A stretch of DNA of 64,000 nucleotides from Promethearchaeota archaeon (GTDB lineage: Archaea > Asgardarchaeota > Lokiarchaeia > Sigyniarchaeales > SOKP01), in NCBI GenBank assembly GCA_019058445.1, contig JAHPZA010000009.1, forward strand, positions 96,001 through 160,000, in the 5' to 3' direction. A program made the position numbers and the translations under genes. Under the pieces are notes generated by a model. The model saw only the letters and a list, made by a program, of their open reading frames with translations. It made no database searches and was not told the origin of the DNA. Shown piece by piece: positions 41,565 to 51,694 of the stretch. Position 1 is the first letter of the stretch. Each line of letters begins with the position of its first letter.

Positions 41565-42065
41565 TTAGCTTTCAGCACTTACCAATTTATCAAGCTTTTT
41601 TCCGCAATAAGAACAATAGACATATCCATCCTTATTTAGTTGAATTTTCATTATACTTGTAAATTCAACTCCACATTCAGGACAATATCTAACAGTTTCG
41701 GATTCAGCTTCTTCAGTAATGTCTTGTATTGTTGTCTTCGGTATTTGTTGAACTACAATCGGTTGGGCAATTTCAGATTCTTCTTCTTCGGATTTAGGTT
41801 TTCCTACGAGTAAATAGTAAAACCATTTCAATACTCGGTATATTCCTATCGAAATGCCTTTAATAACATAGTAAACTCCTTTCAAAATGTAGTAAATTAA
41901 GTACGCAATGCCTTTGAGCAAATAATATACTCCGATTATAATGAGTATTACTATTGTAGCTATTCCTACACCTACAATTATCTGGTAAGACAATGGTAAG
42001 CTCAAAAACCACGCAACAAATTCTTGCCAATAAATATTATTCGATTGAGCAATCATCTCTATCAT
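41565..42065 (-). CDS. Membrane-anchored protein with YYxxKG repeats and C-terminal Zn ribbon
   Basis: TM helix, repeated YYLLKG/YYILKG/YYVIKG, CPEC...CSYC. Confidence 0.7.
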   Translation of the reverse strand: MIEMIAQSNNIYWQEFVAWFLSLPLSYQIIVGVGIATIVILIIIGVYYLLKGIAYLIYYILKGVYYVIKGISIGIYRVLKWFYYLLVGKPKSEEEESEIAQPIVVQQIPKTTIQDITEEAESETVRYCPECGVEFTSIMKIQLNKDGYVYCSYCGKKLDKLVSAES

Positions 42066-42180
42066 CTTGTTTAATTTTTAACTTGTTTATTCTTAAATAA
42101 AAAGTGTAAAGATCCAATAAAAAATAATTTGGAGTCCAGTTTTTACCGTTTATGAAATTTCTTATTCTCAGAAAAAAAAA

Positions 42181-42732
42181 TTATTTAAAACATACTAACC
42201 CAAATCTATAGGCATTGTGAACGGGGGGCCATTCCATTTCAAAATTGGTATTTCTTACGGTTTGATCTACATTTATCCCTACTGCTTCCATGGAATAGCG
42301 TGGTTCGTATCTACATGGTTCCCCACTATCATAAGTACAGGATTTCTTTTCCTTAGAACAGATCCGACAGAATCCGTCCCAGAGAACAAGCTTCTCTTCA
42401 AATTTCCCATCAAATTTAATTAAAAACTCATTTATCTCTTCTTCTAAATGATCTCGTAAGATATCTTTGTGATAAAATGAGTTAAGTATTTTTTCAGTAC
42501 TTCGTTTTGAATATTTTGATTTTTCATCATTTATGTATCTATCCAAATCAAATTTATAGTATATAAGATAGAAATCTTTGTAGCTTGAGACTTCCTCCTC
42601 TAAATATGGCGCTATTGGAGGACATGCATGAGAATGCCCATAATTGGGGCATTTAAACTCAGGATTATTACAAAAGGTTTGAACTATTGGATCAAACATA
42701 ATTTGTTTAAATGATATTTTAACGTAGGGCAT
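42181..42732 (-). CDS. DUF2284 metal-binding protein
   Basis: C...CPNYG.S.ACPP, CRIC...C...PC, RYSMEAVGI.V motifs. Confidence 0.82.
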   Translation of the reverse strand: MPYVKISFKQIMFDPIVQTFCNNPEFKCPNYGHSHACPPIAPYLEEEVSSYKDFYLIYYKFDLDRYINDEKSKYSKRSTEKILNSFYHKDILRDHLEEEINEFLIKFDGKFEEKLVLWDGFCRICSKEKKSCTYDSGEPCRYEPRYSMEAVGINVDQTVRNTNFEMEWPPVHNAYRFGLVCFK

Positions 42733-42792
42733 TTAAAAGAGTTAGTTTTTAATTTTTTTTGATAAATACTAAAATCTAATTAAGTTTTACTC

Positions 42793-43734
42793 TTAAATTC
42801 TAAATGTTTCTCTTCCAGAATATTTTAACACAATGATGTTAGCGATTACAATTAAAGCCCCGCCAATAATAGTAAATACTGAAAGGGAGTTATAAACCAG
42901 CACTGTTAGAATTGTAGCAACTACCGGCTCGATATATGATAAGATTATAATATTTCCTCCTTTATCGTTTTTAACTCCTGTGTTATATAAACTAAAGGCT
43001 AATGCTGTTGGAATTAAACCTAAAAGCATCGCGATTAGCAAATCGATTAGAGTTAATCTCAGAAGTTCTATAGTTCCAAATAGTAAAAAAGGAAATATTA
43101 AAAAAAGGAGATGCCACCACGCAAGAAAAACATCGAAATCTCCTTTAGCCTTTAGATTGTGAAAATTCTTGTTTCTTTGTTTATAAATTATCTTTTTATA
43201 AAAAACAAAAATTCCTAAAGCTAAACCAGAAAGAAGTCCTGTATATAAACCTAGAGAAAATATATGGTCATTCCAGAATTCCATAATAATCGCTACTCCA
43301 ATTAGTGCCACTATAAAACTCAGCATGCTAATTTTCGACACATGATCCATTTTTGTTATTATAATAAAAATAAGAACAAAAATTCCACTAGTATATAATA
43401 AAAACGCAGCAATTGCATAACCATGAATAGTAATGGTAAAAAAATAAAAATATATTACAACAGGATATACTAATCCACTGATTATAAGAGGCTTCCAATG
43501 TAGTTGAAAAGATTCATTTAAAAATTCACGAGAGAATGAATGAGTTTTAATCATGAAAAACGTAAGAAAGAATACTCCAAATATCCCTCTTAATAATACA
43601 ATGGTATAAACTTGGTAACTTCCGAGAAGTGTGACAAATAAGCCAACGGAACCCATACATGTCGCTGACATTAACATACAAATTTTAGAGATTGTTGGAT
43701 TGACTTTTGTTTCTTCAGATTCAGTATTAGCCAT
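42793..43734 (-). CDS. EamA/DMT transporter
   Basis: 10 TM helices in two repeats; SYIEPVVA and IIGG.LI motifs. Confidence 0.85.
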   Translation of the reverse strand: MANTESEETKVNPTISKICMLMSATCMGSVGLFVTLLGSYQVYTIVLLRGIFGVFFLTFFMIKTHSFSREFLNESFQLHWKPLIISGLVYPVVIYFYFFTITIHGYAIAAFLLYTSGIFVLIFIIITKMDHVSKISMLSFIVALIGVAIIMEFWNDHIFSLGLYTGLLSGLALGIFVFYKKIIYKQRNKNFHNLKAKGDFDVFLAWWHLLFLIFPFLLFGTIELLRLTLIDLLIAMLLGLIPTALAFSLYNTGVKNDKGGNIIILSYIEPVVATILTVLVYNSLSVFTIIGGALIVIANIIVLKYSGRETFRI

Positions 43735-43924
43735 AAATCGAAATAGAGTAATGTAATTTTATTTAAACTGTAAATTATTGTTAATTTTAAATAACTAATT
43801 TTAATTATTAACAAAAATATTCCATAAAAAATATCTTTAATTAGAATTGAATTTAAAATAATATCAAAGTTAAATTATTTTTCAATTAAAATTTATACTA
43901 TAAGGAAAAATAGGGGAAAATTTA

Positions 43925-45313
43925 ATGAGTTATGATATGGAAATAGATTCTGAAAGCGAATTTTCAACATGGGATCATCTCTCATTTAATCTCGTCATGT
44001 TTATGCTTCCCGCTACATATGCTATGTTTGCCACTCATTTATTTTGGTTTTATGAAACAGAAGTATTATTACCAGTTTTATTTTTAGGTGTTGCAGTTAT
44101 AATTTTTGGAGTATGGGATGCTTTTAATGATCCACTCATAGGTTTTATATCAGATAAACCTAATCGTTTTACAAAACGTTATGGAAGGCGTTTTCCTTAT
44201 ATAATTTTATTCGGTATTCCAACAATGGTAACTCTAGTTCTTCTTTTTACACCTCCCATGACAAATGCTAAAGTAAATCCTTGGCCGGTATTTCTCTGGT
44301 TGGTTATCATTTTACTTATTCATGAATTAAGTTATACCGGTGTAAGTTTGACAAGAGCATTATATCCTGAAAAGTTCCGAACTGATAAAGATCGTAGAAA
44401 AAATTCAGCAATTGGGATTGTCACTAATAATCTTGGTTTTTTCGTAGGATTTATAATTCCCATGTTGCTTGTCTGGGAAGGTGACATAAATTCATACTGG
44501 ATCGCTGCAGTTATACTTATGATACCGTGTTTTATCTTCTTCTTCTTAGGTATACATGGAATACGTGAAGATAAAGTAATGATTGAGAGAGCACTCACCG
44601 CTAAAAGAGAACCCTTTTTCGCAACGTTGAAAAAAGCAGTAAAAAGAAAAAACTTCATGACACTTGTTTTTATCAGTATATCAACACAAGTGTTTGGTGC
44701 TTGTATAATGGCATCTATTTATTATTATGTAAAATTCATCCTAATTTTGCCTCCTGAACGTCAAGCCGATGTATTGATTATGGTCGTTTGGTTTTTAGCG
44801 GGATTAATTTCGATTCCTTTATGGATGAAAGTCACTCCAAAAATAGGTCATAAAAAAATGCAAATAATTGGAATTATAATTACATTATTAGCTTTAATAC
44901 CGCCTCTATTTATAAGATCTTTAATACTAGCATTAATTTTTGTAGGATTCTTAGGTTTTGCTATGGGAGCAACAGCATTAATAAGGTTTCCAATTTTTGC
45001 TGACGTTATTGATGAAGTTTCTTTGCTCGATGAAAAACGCCAAGAAGGAGTTTATCAAGGGGTATTTGTTTTTTTCGATCGTCTTGGTATTATTCTTCAA
45101 CCAATCATCTTTACGGTTGTACACATTTTAACTCGATTTGATCCTGAGAGTGATACTCAGTCATTAATTGCCCAACAAGGGATCCTTGCTGCTATGTTAT
45201 GGATTCCTGGATTAATAATGTTAGCCGCATGTTTGATTTTTTGGAAATATTATGATTTAACACCTAAAAGAACTCTAATCATCAAAGATAAGTTAAAGCA
45301 GATAAATCTTTAA
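43925..45313 (+). CDS. MFS GPH-family (MelB-like) sugar:cation symporter
   Basis: WDAFNDPLIGFISD, GRRFPY and ADVIDE...RQEG.Y motifs. Confidence 0.9.
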   Translation: MSYDMEIDSESEFSTWDHLSFNLVMFMLPATYAMFATHLFWFYETEVLLPVLFLGVAVIIFGVWDAFNDPLIGFISDKPNRFTKRYGRRFPYIILFGIPTMVTLVLLFTPPMTNAKVNPWPVFLWLVIILLIHELSYTGVSLTRALYPEKFRTDKDRRKNSAIGIVTNNLGFFVGFIIPMLLVWEGDINSYWIAAVILMIPCFIFFFLGIHGIREDKVMIERALTAKREPFFATLKKAVKRKNFMTLVFISISTQVFGACIMASIYYYVKFILILPPERQADVLIMVVWFLAGLISIPLWMKVTPKIGHKKMQIIGIIITLLALIPPLFIRSLILALIFVGFLGFAMGATALIRFPIFADVIDEVSLLDEKRQEGVYQGVFVFFDRLGIILQPIIFTVVHILTRFDPESDTQSLIAQQGILAAMLWIPGLIMLAACLIFWKYYDLTPKRTLIIKDKLKQINL

Positions 45314-45341
45314 ATTAAAATTATATATATTATATTCATTT

Positions 45342-46721
45342 TTATTTTCTTTTATGAAATACCCATCTATTTACTTTCAGATCAATTATTCCTCCATCTT
45401 CTTTAATAAAAAATTGACCTTTCATTTCAAGTCCAGGTATAGCAAATGGAATGTAAAATTTAAGCTCTTCCATATTGTTAATCACAACCGGGAAAGATAT
45501 AATATTCGAAGATCCGGGATATCTTACCTTTCCAGTGATAATCCCATTTTCTAATGAAATGTCAAGTTTCATTACACCTCTATAGGTTTCATAATGACCT
45601 AGTAATAAATTGAGTGTTTTTTGTACCTCCAAAAAAGGCACAGCTTCTTTTAAATCAATCCCGAGTAGGATTGCTAGAATTGAGCGACCAATCATTTCAG
45701 GACTAAAAAAGGCACAATTTTGTCCAATCACTATTCCCATTTTTAATTCAGGAATTATTCCTAAGTATCCCATATAAACCAAGAGATCTCCACTATGAGA
45801 CACGAGTCTATGCCCAAAAAAATCTTTTTCAATTGCCCAACCATATCCATATTCCTTCCCTTTCTGATCGGTTTTAATAAAAGGTGTCCAGATCCTTTCT
45901 AGGATTACACTATCTATGATTTGGTTTCCATTGAATTTACCTGCGTTTATCAATGCTCTCATATAGTTCAATAAATCATTTACACAACTTAACATACCAC
46001 CAGCGGGAGCTTGAAGATCTGCTATTGGAGGATCTTTTGGTATTAACTTTCCATCCTTTCCCGTTAAGTAACCAATTGAAGCGTCTGTATCGTTCTTATA
46101 ATCCTCCAATGAGTAAGTAGTTCTTTTCATTTCTAATGGATTTAAAATATTTTCTTGAATATAATCTAAAAAGCTCATTTCTGAAACTTTTTCAATAATT
46201 AATCCTAATAAATCATACATATCATTGTTATAAATATAAGACTTACCAGTATCGTCAAATTTTTCCATAATCGCGCCATTAATGAAGGTTAAAAGATCTT
46301 CAGAACTGCTCATGGGTATAAAGGAGTCAAAGACACCTAAGAATCTTTCAGCTGCGACAAAGTTGCCCTCTAAAGCATTAATCCCAGAGCTGTGAGTGAG
46401 AAAATGATGAATAGTAATGGGATCTTTTCGCGTTCCAAGGTTAAAATTGATATATTTCCTAACTGGATCGTGTAAATTTAGTTTACCTTGATCCGCTAAA
46501 AGATTTATAGCTAATGCCGCAAACATCTTAGATATTGAACCAATTCCAAATAACGTATTTGTTGTCATAGGGAAATTAGAGTCTAAATTACGTGCTCCAA
46601 ATCCCCTAGTATATTCCACTTCTCCATCCTTTATAATCCCAATACTTAACCCCGGTATATTAATCTCTTGCATGAGTTCTACAATCATTTGCTCTAACAT
46701 TTCAATTAATTTTTTTCTCAT
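45342..46721 (-). CDS. Serine hydrolase of the beta-lactamase class C / D-aminopeptidase family
   Basis: FGIGSISK (SxxK), LTHSSG, YIYNN (YxN) and HSG motifs; C-terminal beta domain. Confidence 0.88.
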   Translation of the reverse strand: MRKKLIEMLEQMIVELMQEINIPGLSIGIIKDGEVEYTRGFGARNLDSNFPMTTNTLFGIGSISKMFAALAINLLADQGKLNLHDPVRKYINFNLGTRKDPITIHHFLTHSSGINALEGNFVAAERFLGVFDSFIPMSSSEDLLTFINGAIMEKFDDTGKSYIYNNDMYDLLGLIIEKVSEMSFLDYIQENILNPLEMKRTTYSLEDYKNDTDASIGYLTGKDGKLIPKDPPIADLQAPAGGMLSCVNDLLNYMRALINAGKFNGNQIIDSVILERIWTPFIKTDQKGKEYGYGWAIEKDFFGHRLVSHSGDLLVYMGYLGIIPELKMGIVIGQNCAFFSPEMIGRSILAILLGIDLKEAVPFLEVQKTLNLLLGHYETYRGVMKLDISLENGIITGKVRYPGSSNIISFPVVINNMEELKFYIPFAIPGLEMKGQFFIKEDGGIIDLKVNRWVFHKRK

Positions 46722-46741
46722 TTGGTATCACATCTTAGTTT

Positions 46742-47809
46742 TTAAATAAAAACCTTTGAGATAAACGGGCTTGTCATAGCCCCTAATAATGCTTCGTAAT
46801 TCACGTTAAACCTCAGCTCATCACCCAATTTAAAATCATTTTTTTTTAGATCAACGATTATATAATCACTCGAAGCACTCAATATTTCAACATCATCTTT
46901 AGGAAATAATCCTTTTTCTTGAATATCTTGACGACCTGCATTAAGAAGTGCGTGGATCCTATATCCCTCTTTAGACTTCTTTCTATTTTGAAATATAGAA
47001 GGTTCTCCAAACGCATTGGTAGTTACTGTTCCTTTAGGAAAAAGAGGCTTTTTCTTTAGTTCTACAATTTCTGCCACGAACGTAAATGTATCTTGATAAT
47101 ATTTTAGAATTGGATCTTCTTTAATTCCATCAACTCCAAGTAATATGACGGTTCCAATTCTTAGGTTATTAATTGAACCTATTTCATTAGTAGACATAAC
47201 CCAATCATAATTTGCAGAATTCCCTCCTGATATAAATTGAAATTGGATATCATATTTTTTTTGAATATCTTGTGCAATTTCAGAGAATTCGGTCATATTA
47301 TTTTCATCGGGTATTACCCCAGCAAAACATTTAAGATTTGTTCCAATACCTAATAAATCAATATTTTGTAACTTGAGTACTTCTCCTACCATATTTTCAA
47401 GGTCATTTGGCATTATCCCTTCGCGTAGATCTCCCATTTCCACCATTAAGATCACTCCATGCTTTTTATTTTGCTGGAGCGCTTCTTCTGATAGTTTCTT
47501 TATTGTAATAAGTTCAGAATTTAAACTGATATCCGTATGTCTAATAATAAGAGGGATTTCGCTATGAGAGGGATTTCTAATTAATACGAATTTCGCGTTT
47601 ACTCCTGCTTCTTTCATTCGAATAATATTTCCTATTCTTGAATCTCCCAAGTAATTTATTCCCGCTTCTACTAATGTTTTTGCGATTGTGGGATTTCCTA
47701 AAGTGACTTTAGTAATACCAATGATAGAAATGCCTTTAGAACTTAGGATTTCATTCAATAGTTTTGCGTTATGAAAAATTTTCTCAAGGTTTATTTCAAT
47801 ATAAGGCAT
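46742..47809 (-). CDS. PLP-dependent alanine/ornithine racemase-family protein (Orr/YhfX-like)
   Basis: GITK (PLP Lys), GDSR, MGDLREG, SGGNS, LRIG and SSDY motifs. Confidence 0.88.
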   Translation of the reverse strand: MPYIEINLEKIFHNAKLLNEILSSKGISIIGITKVTLGNPTIAKTLVEAGINYLGDSRIGNIIRMKEAGVNAKFVLIRNPSHSEIPLIIRHTDISLNSELITIKKLSEEALQQNKKHGVILMVEMGDLREGIMPNDLENMVGEVLKLQNIDLLGIGTNLKCFAGVIPDENNMTEFSEIAQDIQKKYDIQFQFISGGNSANYDWVMSTNEIGSINNLRIGTVILLGVDGIKEDPILKYYQDTFTFVAEIVELKKKPLFPKGTVTTNAFGEPSIFQNRKKSKEGYRIHALLNAGRQDIQEKGLFPKDDVEILSASSDYIIVDLKKNDFKLGDELRFNVNYEALLGAMTSPFISKVFI

Positions 47810-47863
47810 GTCAAGACATAGCTCTTTATGTGTAAGATATTTTAAAAAGTGAATGACAAAATT

Positions 47864-48949
47864 TCAATCTTTTATTTTTACCAGTTGTTTAGTTTCAAAA
47901 CTCTTATAGGCAGCGTGTAATACTTTTAATGCATTTAATCCATCTAAACCATTTACTTCAGGATCCTCATCATTCATAACAGCGTTTGCAAAAGATTCTA
48001 TTTGCATAGCAAAATTACCTGGCATTGGTCTATCTATAACGTTTATCGGTTGTCTTTTATTATCTGAGATAAAGAAAAGTTTATTTGCGTAATAAAAAAC
48101 CCTTAAAGCCCCTTTTTCACCATGAATTCTAATATTTCCGGGGTGTGCTTCCCATCTTCCTTCTAAGGAAAGATTTCCTTCCAAATCCCAACTTCCTCCC
48201 CATGAAAAAATTCCCTCATAGGGCAGATCCGAAGAGAATGTTGCTTCATTGTAGACAAGTTGACCTACGGCATCATTTTCAAATATCATGGTTAAAAATT
48301 CTGTATGAGGGGCTTGTCCCGAAATGTTCCCTCTTCCAATAACATATTCTACTTTACTATTTGTGAGCCATAGAAATGCATCAATGAGATGAATTCCATG
48401 GTCTACAAGCCCCATCATCCCTCCACCAGGACCTCCTCTGGGATAATGATGTTCACCAGCGTCTTTAAAAATTTCAACGCCTCCACCTCCAATAGATGTT
48501 TCCATAAGTAACTGAATTTTACCTAACAATCCCTCGCTAATTAATTTTTTAGCTTTCATACATGCGGGTAGCCATCTGTAAGAAGCACCATAACATAGCT
48601 TTACTCCTTCTGATTTACAAGTGTCAATCATCTTCTTTGCATCTTTAATAGTAATGGCGAGCGGTTTTTCACAGAAAACATGTATGTTTGATTTCGCAAC
48701 ATTCTCAGTAATTTCCCTGTGCAACCGAGCTGGAACTAAAACACATGCAATATCCAAATCTTCCTTCTCTAACATCTCTTTATAGTCAATATAACCTCTA
48801 AAGTTCCATTTTTTAACCATCTGATTGAGTCTATCTTTTTCTATTTCAGCTCCAGCGATGACTTCGATTTGATTTACATTCTTATAAGCTTCAAGATGTA
48901 CTTCTGAAACATTTCCTAAACCTATCAATCCAACTTTAAGCTTTGTCAT
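47864..48949 (-). CDS. Gfo/Idh/MocA oxidoreductase
   Basis: IGLGNVS, HVFCEKPLA and DHGIHLID motifs. Confidence 0.9.
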   Translation of the reverse strand: MTKLKVGLIGLGNVSEVHLEAYKNVNQIEVIAGAEIEKDRLNQMVKKWNFRGYIDYKEMLEKEDLDIACVLVPARLHREITENVAKSNIHVFCEKPLAITIKDAKKMIDTCKSEGVKLCYGASYRWLPACMKAKKLISEGLLGKIQLLMETSIGGGGVEIFKDAGEHHYPRGGPGGGMMGLVDHGIHLIDAFLWLTNSKVEYVIGRGNISGQAPHTEFLTMIFENDAVGQLVYNEATFSSDLPYEGIFSWGGSWDLEGNLSLEGRWEAHPGNIRIHGEKGALRVFYYANKLFFISDNKRQPINVIDRPMPGNFAMQIESFANAVMNDEDPEVNGLDGLNALKVLHAAYKSFETKQLVKIKD

Positions 48950-49017
48950 ATCATATATTCCCTCAGTTTAATATTTCTATTGAAGAAGACTATAATTTTC
49001 AGTTAAAATACATAAAT

Positions 49018-49572
49018 TTAATCTAAATAAACTAAATCAACGGCGAATGGAATCTTACGCCTGTAAAAATAAAGATGTTCTAAGGATGTGAAGAAAATAT
49101 GATTAAAAAAAACCTCTTTCAAATGTTTCAGGTTCAAATTTTCTATGTTTGTATCTGGTAATGAATGGTCAAAGCATTGTATCCCTAATTTTTTAATTCT
49201 TCTAATAAGTACTTCTCTACAGGTAAAAGGATCAATTCTCGCTAAAAATTCAATTAAATCAATTAAGAATTGATCTTTCTCTCTTTTAATCGCATATTTA
49301 ACCGGATTAATCGCTTTTAACGTAAAAATTTTTATTGCTTCAAAGGCAGCGATTCTAATTGACTCATTCAGGTCTGAGATTAAGAGACTTTCTAATAAGG
49401 TAAAAACTTTAGGATCTGTATCTCCAATTCCACGTAATAACTCCATACACTTCATTCTTAATAAGTCATCATTACTATTTTCTATTATGGAAATTAAGAG
49501 ATCTGAAGCAGAACGTTTATCTAATGCTTTATTCCTATAATTCTTATAAATTGATTCAGGAGTTATATGCAT
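49018..49572 (-). CDS. HEAT-repeat-like hypothetical protein
   Basis: LLISIIENS.DD..R..C.ELL and LLESLLISD.NE.IR.AA paired-helix repeats. Confidence 0.65.
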   Translation of the reverse strand: MHITPESIYKNYRNKALDKRSASDLLISIIENSNDDLLRMKCMELLRGIGDTDPKVFTLLESLLISDLNESIRIAAFEAIKIFTLKAINPVKYAIKREKDQFLIDLIEFLARIDPFTCREVLIRRIKKLGIQCFDHSLPDTNIENLNLKHLKEVFFNHIFFTSLEHLYFYRRKIPFAVDLVYLD

Positions 49573-49718
49573 TATTTTAAATAATAATTGAGGTTTTTAC
49601 TTAATAATATTATTTATGTATGTAATAATTAAACTATTGTTTTAACCACTTTAAAGTCTTTTTTCACAATAGAAATGTAGGTATAACTCTAATATTGAGC
49701 TTAGGTATAAAAATTGTC

Positions 49719-49988
49719 TTACTCTTTCTCGTTATTATCATTAATGATATCTATGGAATCTCCCTTTCGGATATCTTCATCAAAATATACATAAACGAGT
49801 ACTATTCCAATAATAATCAGCAGAACAAATAAATTAATACCTATCATGGCAAGTATACTAATTGTTATTGCCACAGCTACTATTGCAGAATATAAAATAG
49901 CTTTTTTCTTAGTCAATTCATTTGCCAGATTTTCTGGTTTATGGTTTTGACTATTTTTAATATCTTGATTTTTCTTATCACTCATCAT
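49719..49988 (-). CDS. Small 2-TM hypothetical protein
   Basis: Two hydrophobic segments with charged ends. Confidence 0.6.
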   Translation of the reverse strand: MMSDKKNQDIKNSQNHKPENLANELTKKKAILYSAIVAVAITISILAMIGINLFVLLIIIGIVLVYVYFDEDIRKGDSIDIINDNNEKE

Positions 49989-50075
49989 ATTAGGTAAATA
50001 CTTTTTTATTTTTAATTGTTCTTTAAAAAAGTAATAAAGGATAGATTCTCATCTCTAAAGGAGAAAAAATATCAG

Positions 50076-51524
50076 TTAGTTAATTTTCGCCCCACAATTA
50101 GGACAGATAATTACGTTTGAAACAGTGCAGCCACATATAACACACATCTTTATAGTTGTTCTTTTTTTCGGGGGTTTTAATTCAGTTATTGATTTTTTTT
50201 CTACTGAAGTTTTAGTTTCTGAAAACTCCTTAATTTTCATTTTACTATTTTTTAGTTTCTCATCTACAATAATTTCTTGTCCAAAATATCCTCCAACTCT
50301 AACTTTTTTCATTTTTGGAGGACTTGGTGGTGGTGGCTTAGTTTTTAGTTTTGGTGGACTTGGGGGTGTAGGACTAACTTCAATTTTTTCTATTTTTTCT
50401 TCAATTTCATCCACTTGTTGATATTCTTTATTTACTTCATAATCTTGAGCAGGTTGCTCCTTGGTATATTGCTCTTCTTCGATTTCATGTACAACTTCTT
50501 CAACTCCCTGCGGTATTTGCTCAAGTTCACCAGTAAGAGTCTCAGTTTCAGGTGGCTCTCCTAACGACGCCTCTTGAATTTCTAAAATTGATACTTCCCC
50601 AAATTCTTCTTCATAGACTAAATCTACATATTCTTCATCCAACTTTAAGAGAGTTTCACATTGAGGGCATCTAAATATATGGTTATATCCAAAATTATTA
50701 GAAATTGCATATTTCGCAATTTCACATCCATGAAATTTAGCTCCACAATTATAGCATTTCTTAATTTCGTCAGAATACGCTCCGCACATCGGACATACCT
50801 CTAACGAACATATTGAGCAAATTTCCTCATCTTCAGGTGATAGACTTATTAAATCTGCTGCCAGTTTCTCGTAAAAAATCTTATCTTCCTTTAAATATTG
50901 TCTTTGTCGCGCATCTGGACGAATAATATTGAATTCTCTCTTGCTTTTAATTAAGGAACTAAGAACATCCTTAAATTGCGGTATATTATTACAAAAAAAA
51001 GTTCCACCTTGTGTTTCACTAGTAATAACTTTTATTTTAACCTCGTCAATATAATTTGTTCTCTCTCCTACCCGAATAATGTCAATTATTGTTAAAAAGT
51101 CCAAAATCTTCGATTTAACGATTAAATCATATAGAACATTATGATATTCTTCGGGTTTTACACTTGGGGTATCGGAAATAACAATCACACGATAAACTTT
51201 TTTAATTTCCCGACTTTTTCTAAATATATATGATAAAATCTCAAACAAGGCATTTTCAATATAACTACTAGTCTTTGGTCTTGTATCCCATTTATCATCA
51301 ATGATTTTTAAAAGTGAATTAGCGTCCTTCTCATCATATAACGATATCGGATTATCTTCTTCTTGAAAAATAACAACCCCAAAACTAGAATCGACTAAAT
51401 TAAGCTTTTCATCAATAAACTCTTTAATTGTACTAGTAAGTGTCTCTTTTTCAATAAATTCAGTAGTTAAATCTATAAAAAAGATTATTTCTTCTAAATT
51501 AATTAAATTTCCAATATTCGTCAT
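50076..51524 (-). CDS. vWA-like domain + CxxC/C4HC3-like finger + acidic/polyproline linker + C-terminal Zn ribbon (paralogue A)
   Basis: IFFIDLT, VIVISDTPS, IDIIRVG and ETQGG.F (vWA strands); CSIC..CPMC..CYNC..HGC..CPQC; PTPPSPP..PPPPSPP; CVIC..CPNC. Confidence 0.75.
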   Translation of the reverse strand: MTNIGNLINLEEIIFFIDLTTEFIEKETLTSTIKEFIDEKLNLVDSSFGVVIFQEEDNPISLYDEKDANSLLKIIDDKWDTRPKTSSYIENALFEILSYIFRKSREIKKVYRVIVISDTPSVKPEEYHNVLYDLIVKSKILDFLTIIDIIRVGERTNYIDEVKIKVITSETQGGTFFCNNIPQFKDVLSSLIKSKREFNIIRPDARQRQYLKEDKIFYEKLAADLISLSPEDEEICSICSLEVCPMCGAYSDEIKKCYNCGAKFHGCEIAKYAISNNFGYNHIFRCPQCETLLKLDEEYVDLVYEEEFGEVSILEIQEASLGEPPETETLTGELEQIPQGVEEVVHEIEEEQYTKEQPAQDYEVNKEYQQVDEIEEKIEKIEVSPTPPSPPKLKTKPPPPSPPKMKKVRVGGYFGQEIIVDEKLKNSKMKIKEFSETKTSVEKKSITELKPPKKRTTIKMCVICGCTVSNVIICPNCGAKIN

Positions 51525-51694
51525 TTTTTTATGATTGTTAAATTGTTTCAGTGTGCTTATCTAAAAATTATTCTAGTTTTTACATTTATAATATAAAAAG
51601 AAATCTTATTTAATATTATTTTAAAAAATTACACTAAGATTTTGTGGATAACTGAATTATTTAGAAGTAAATAAAATGAGTGATTATAAAATAA

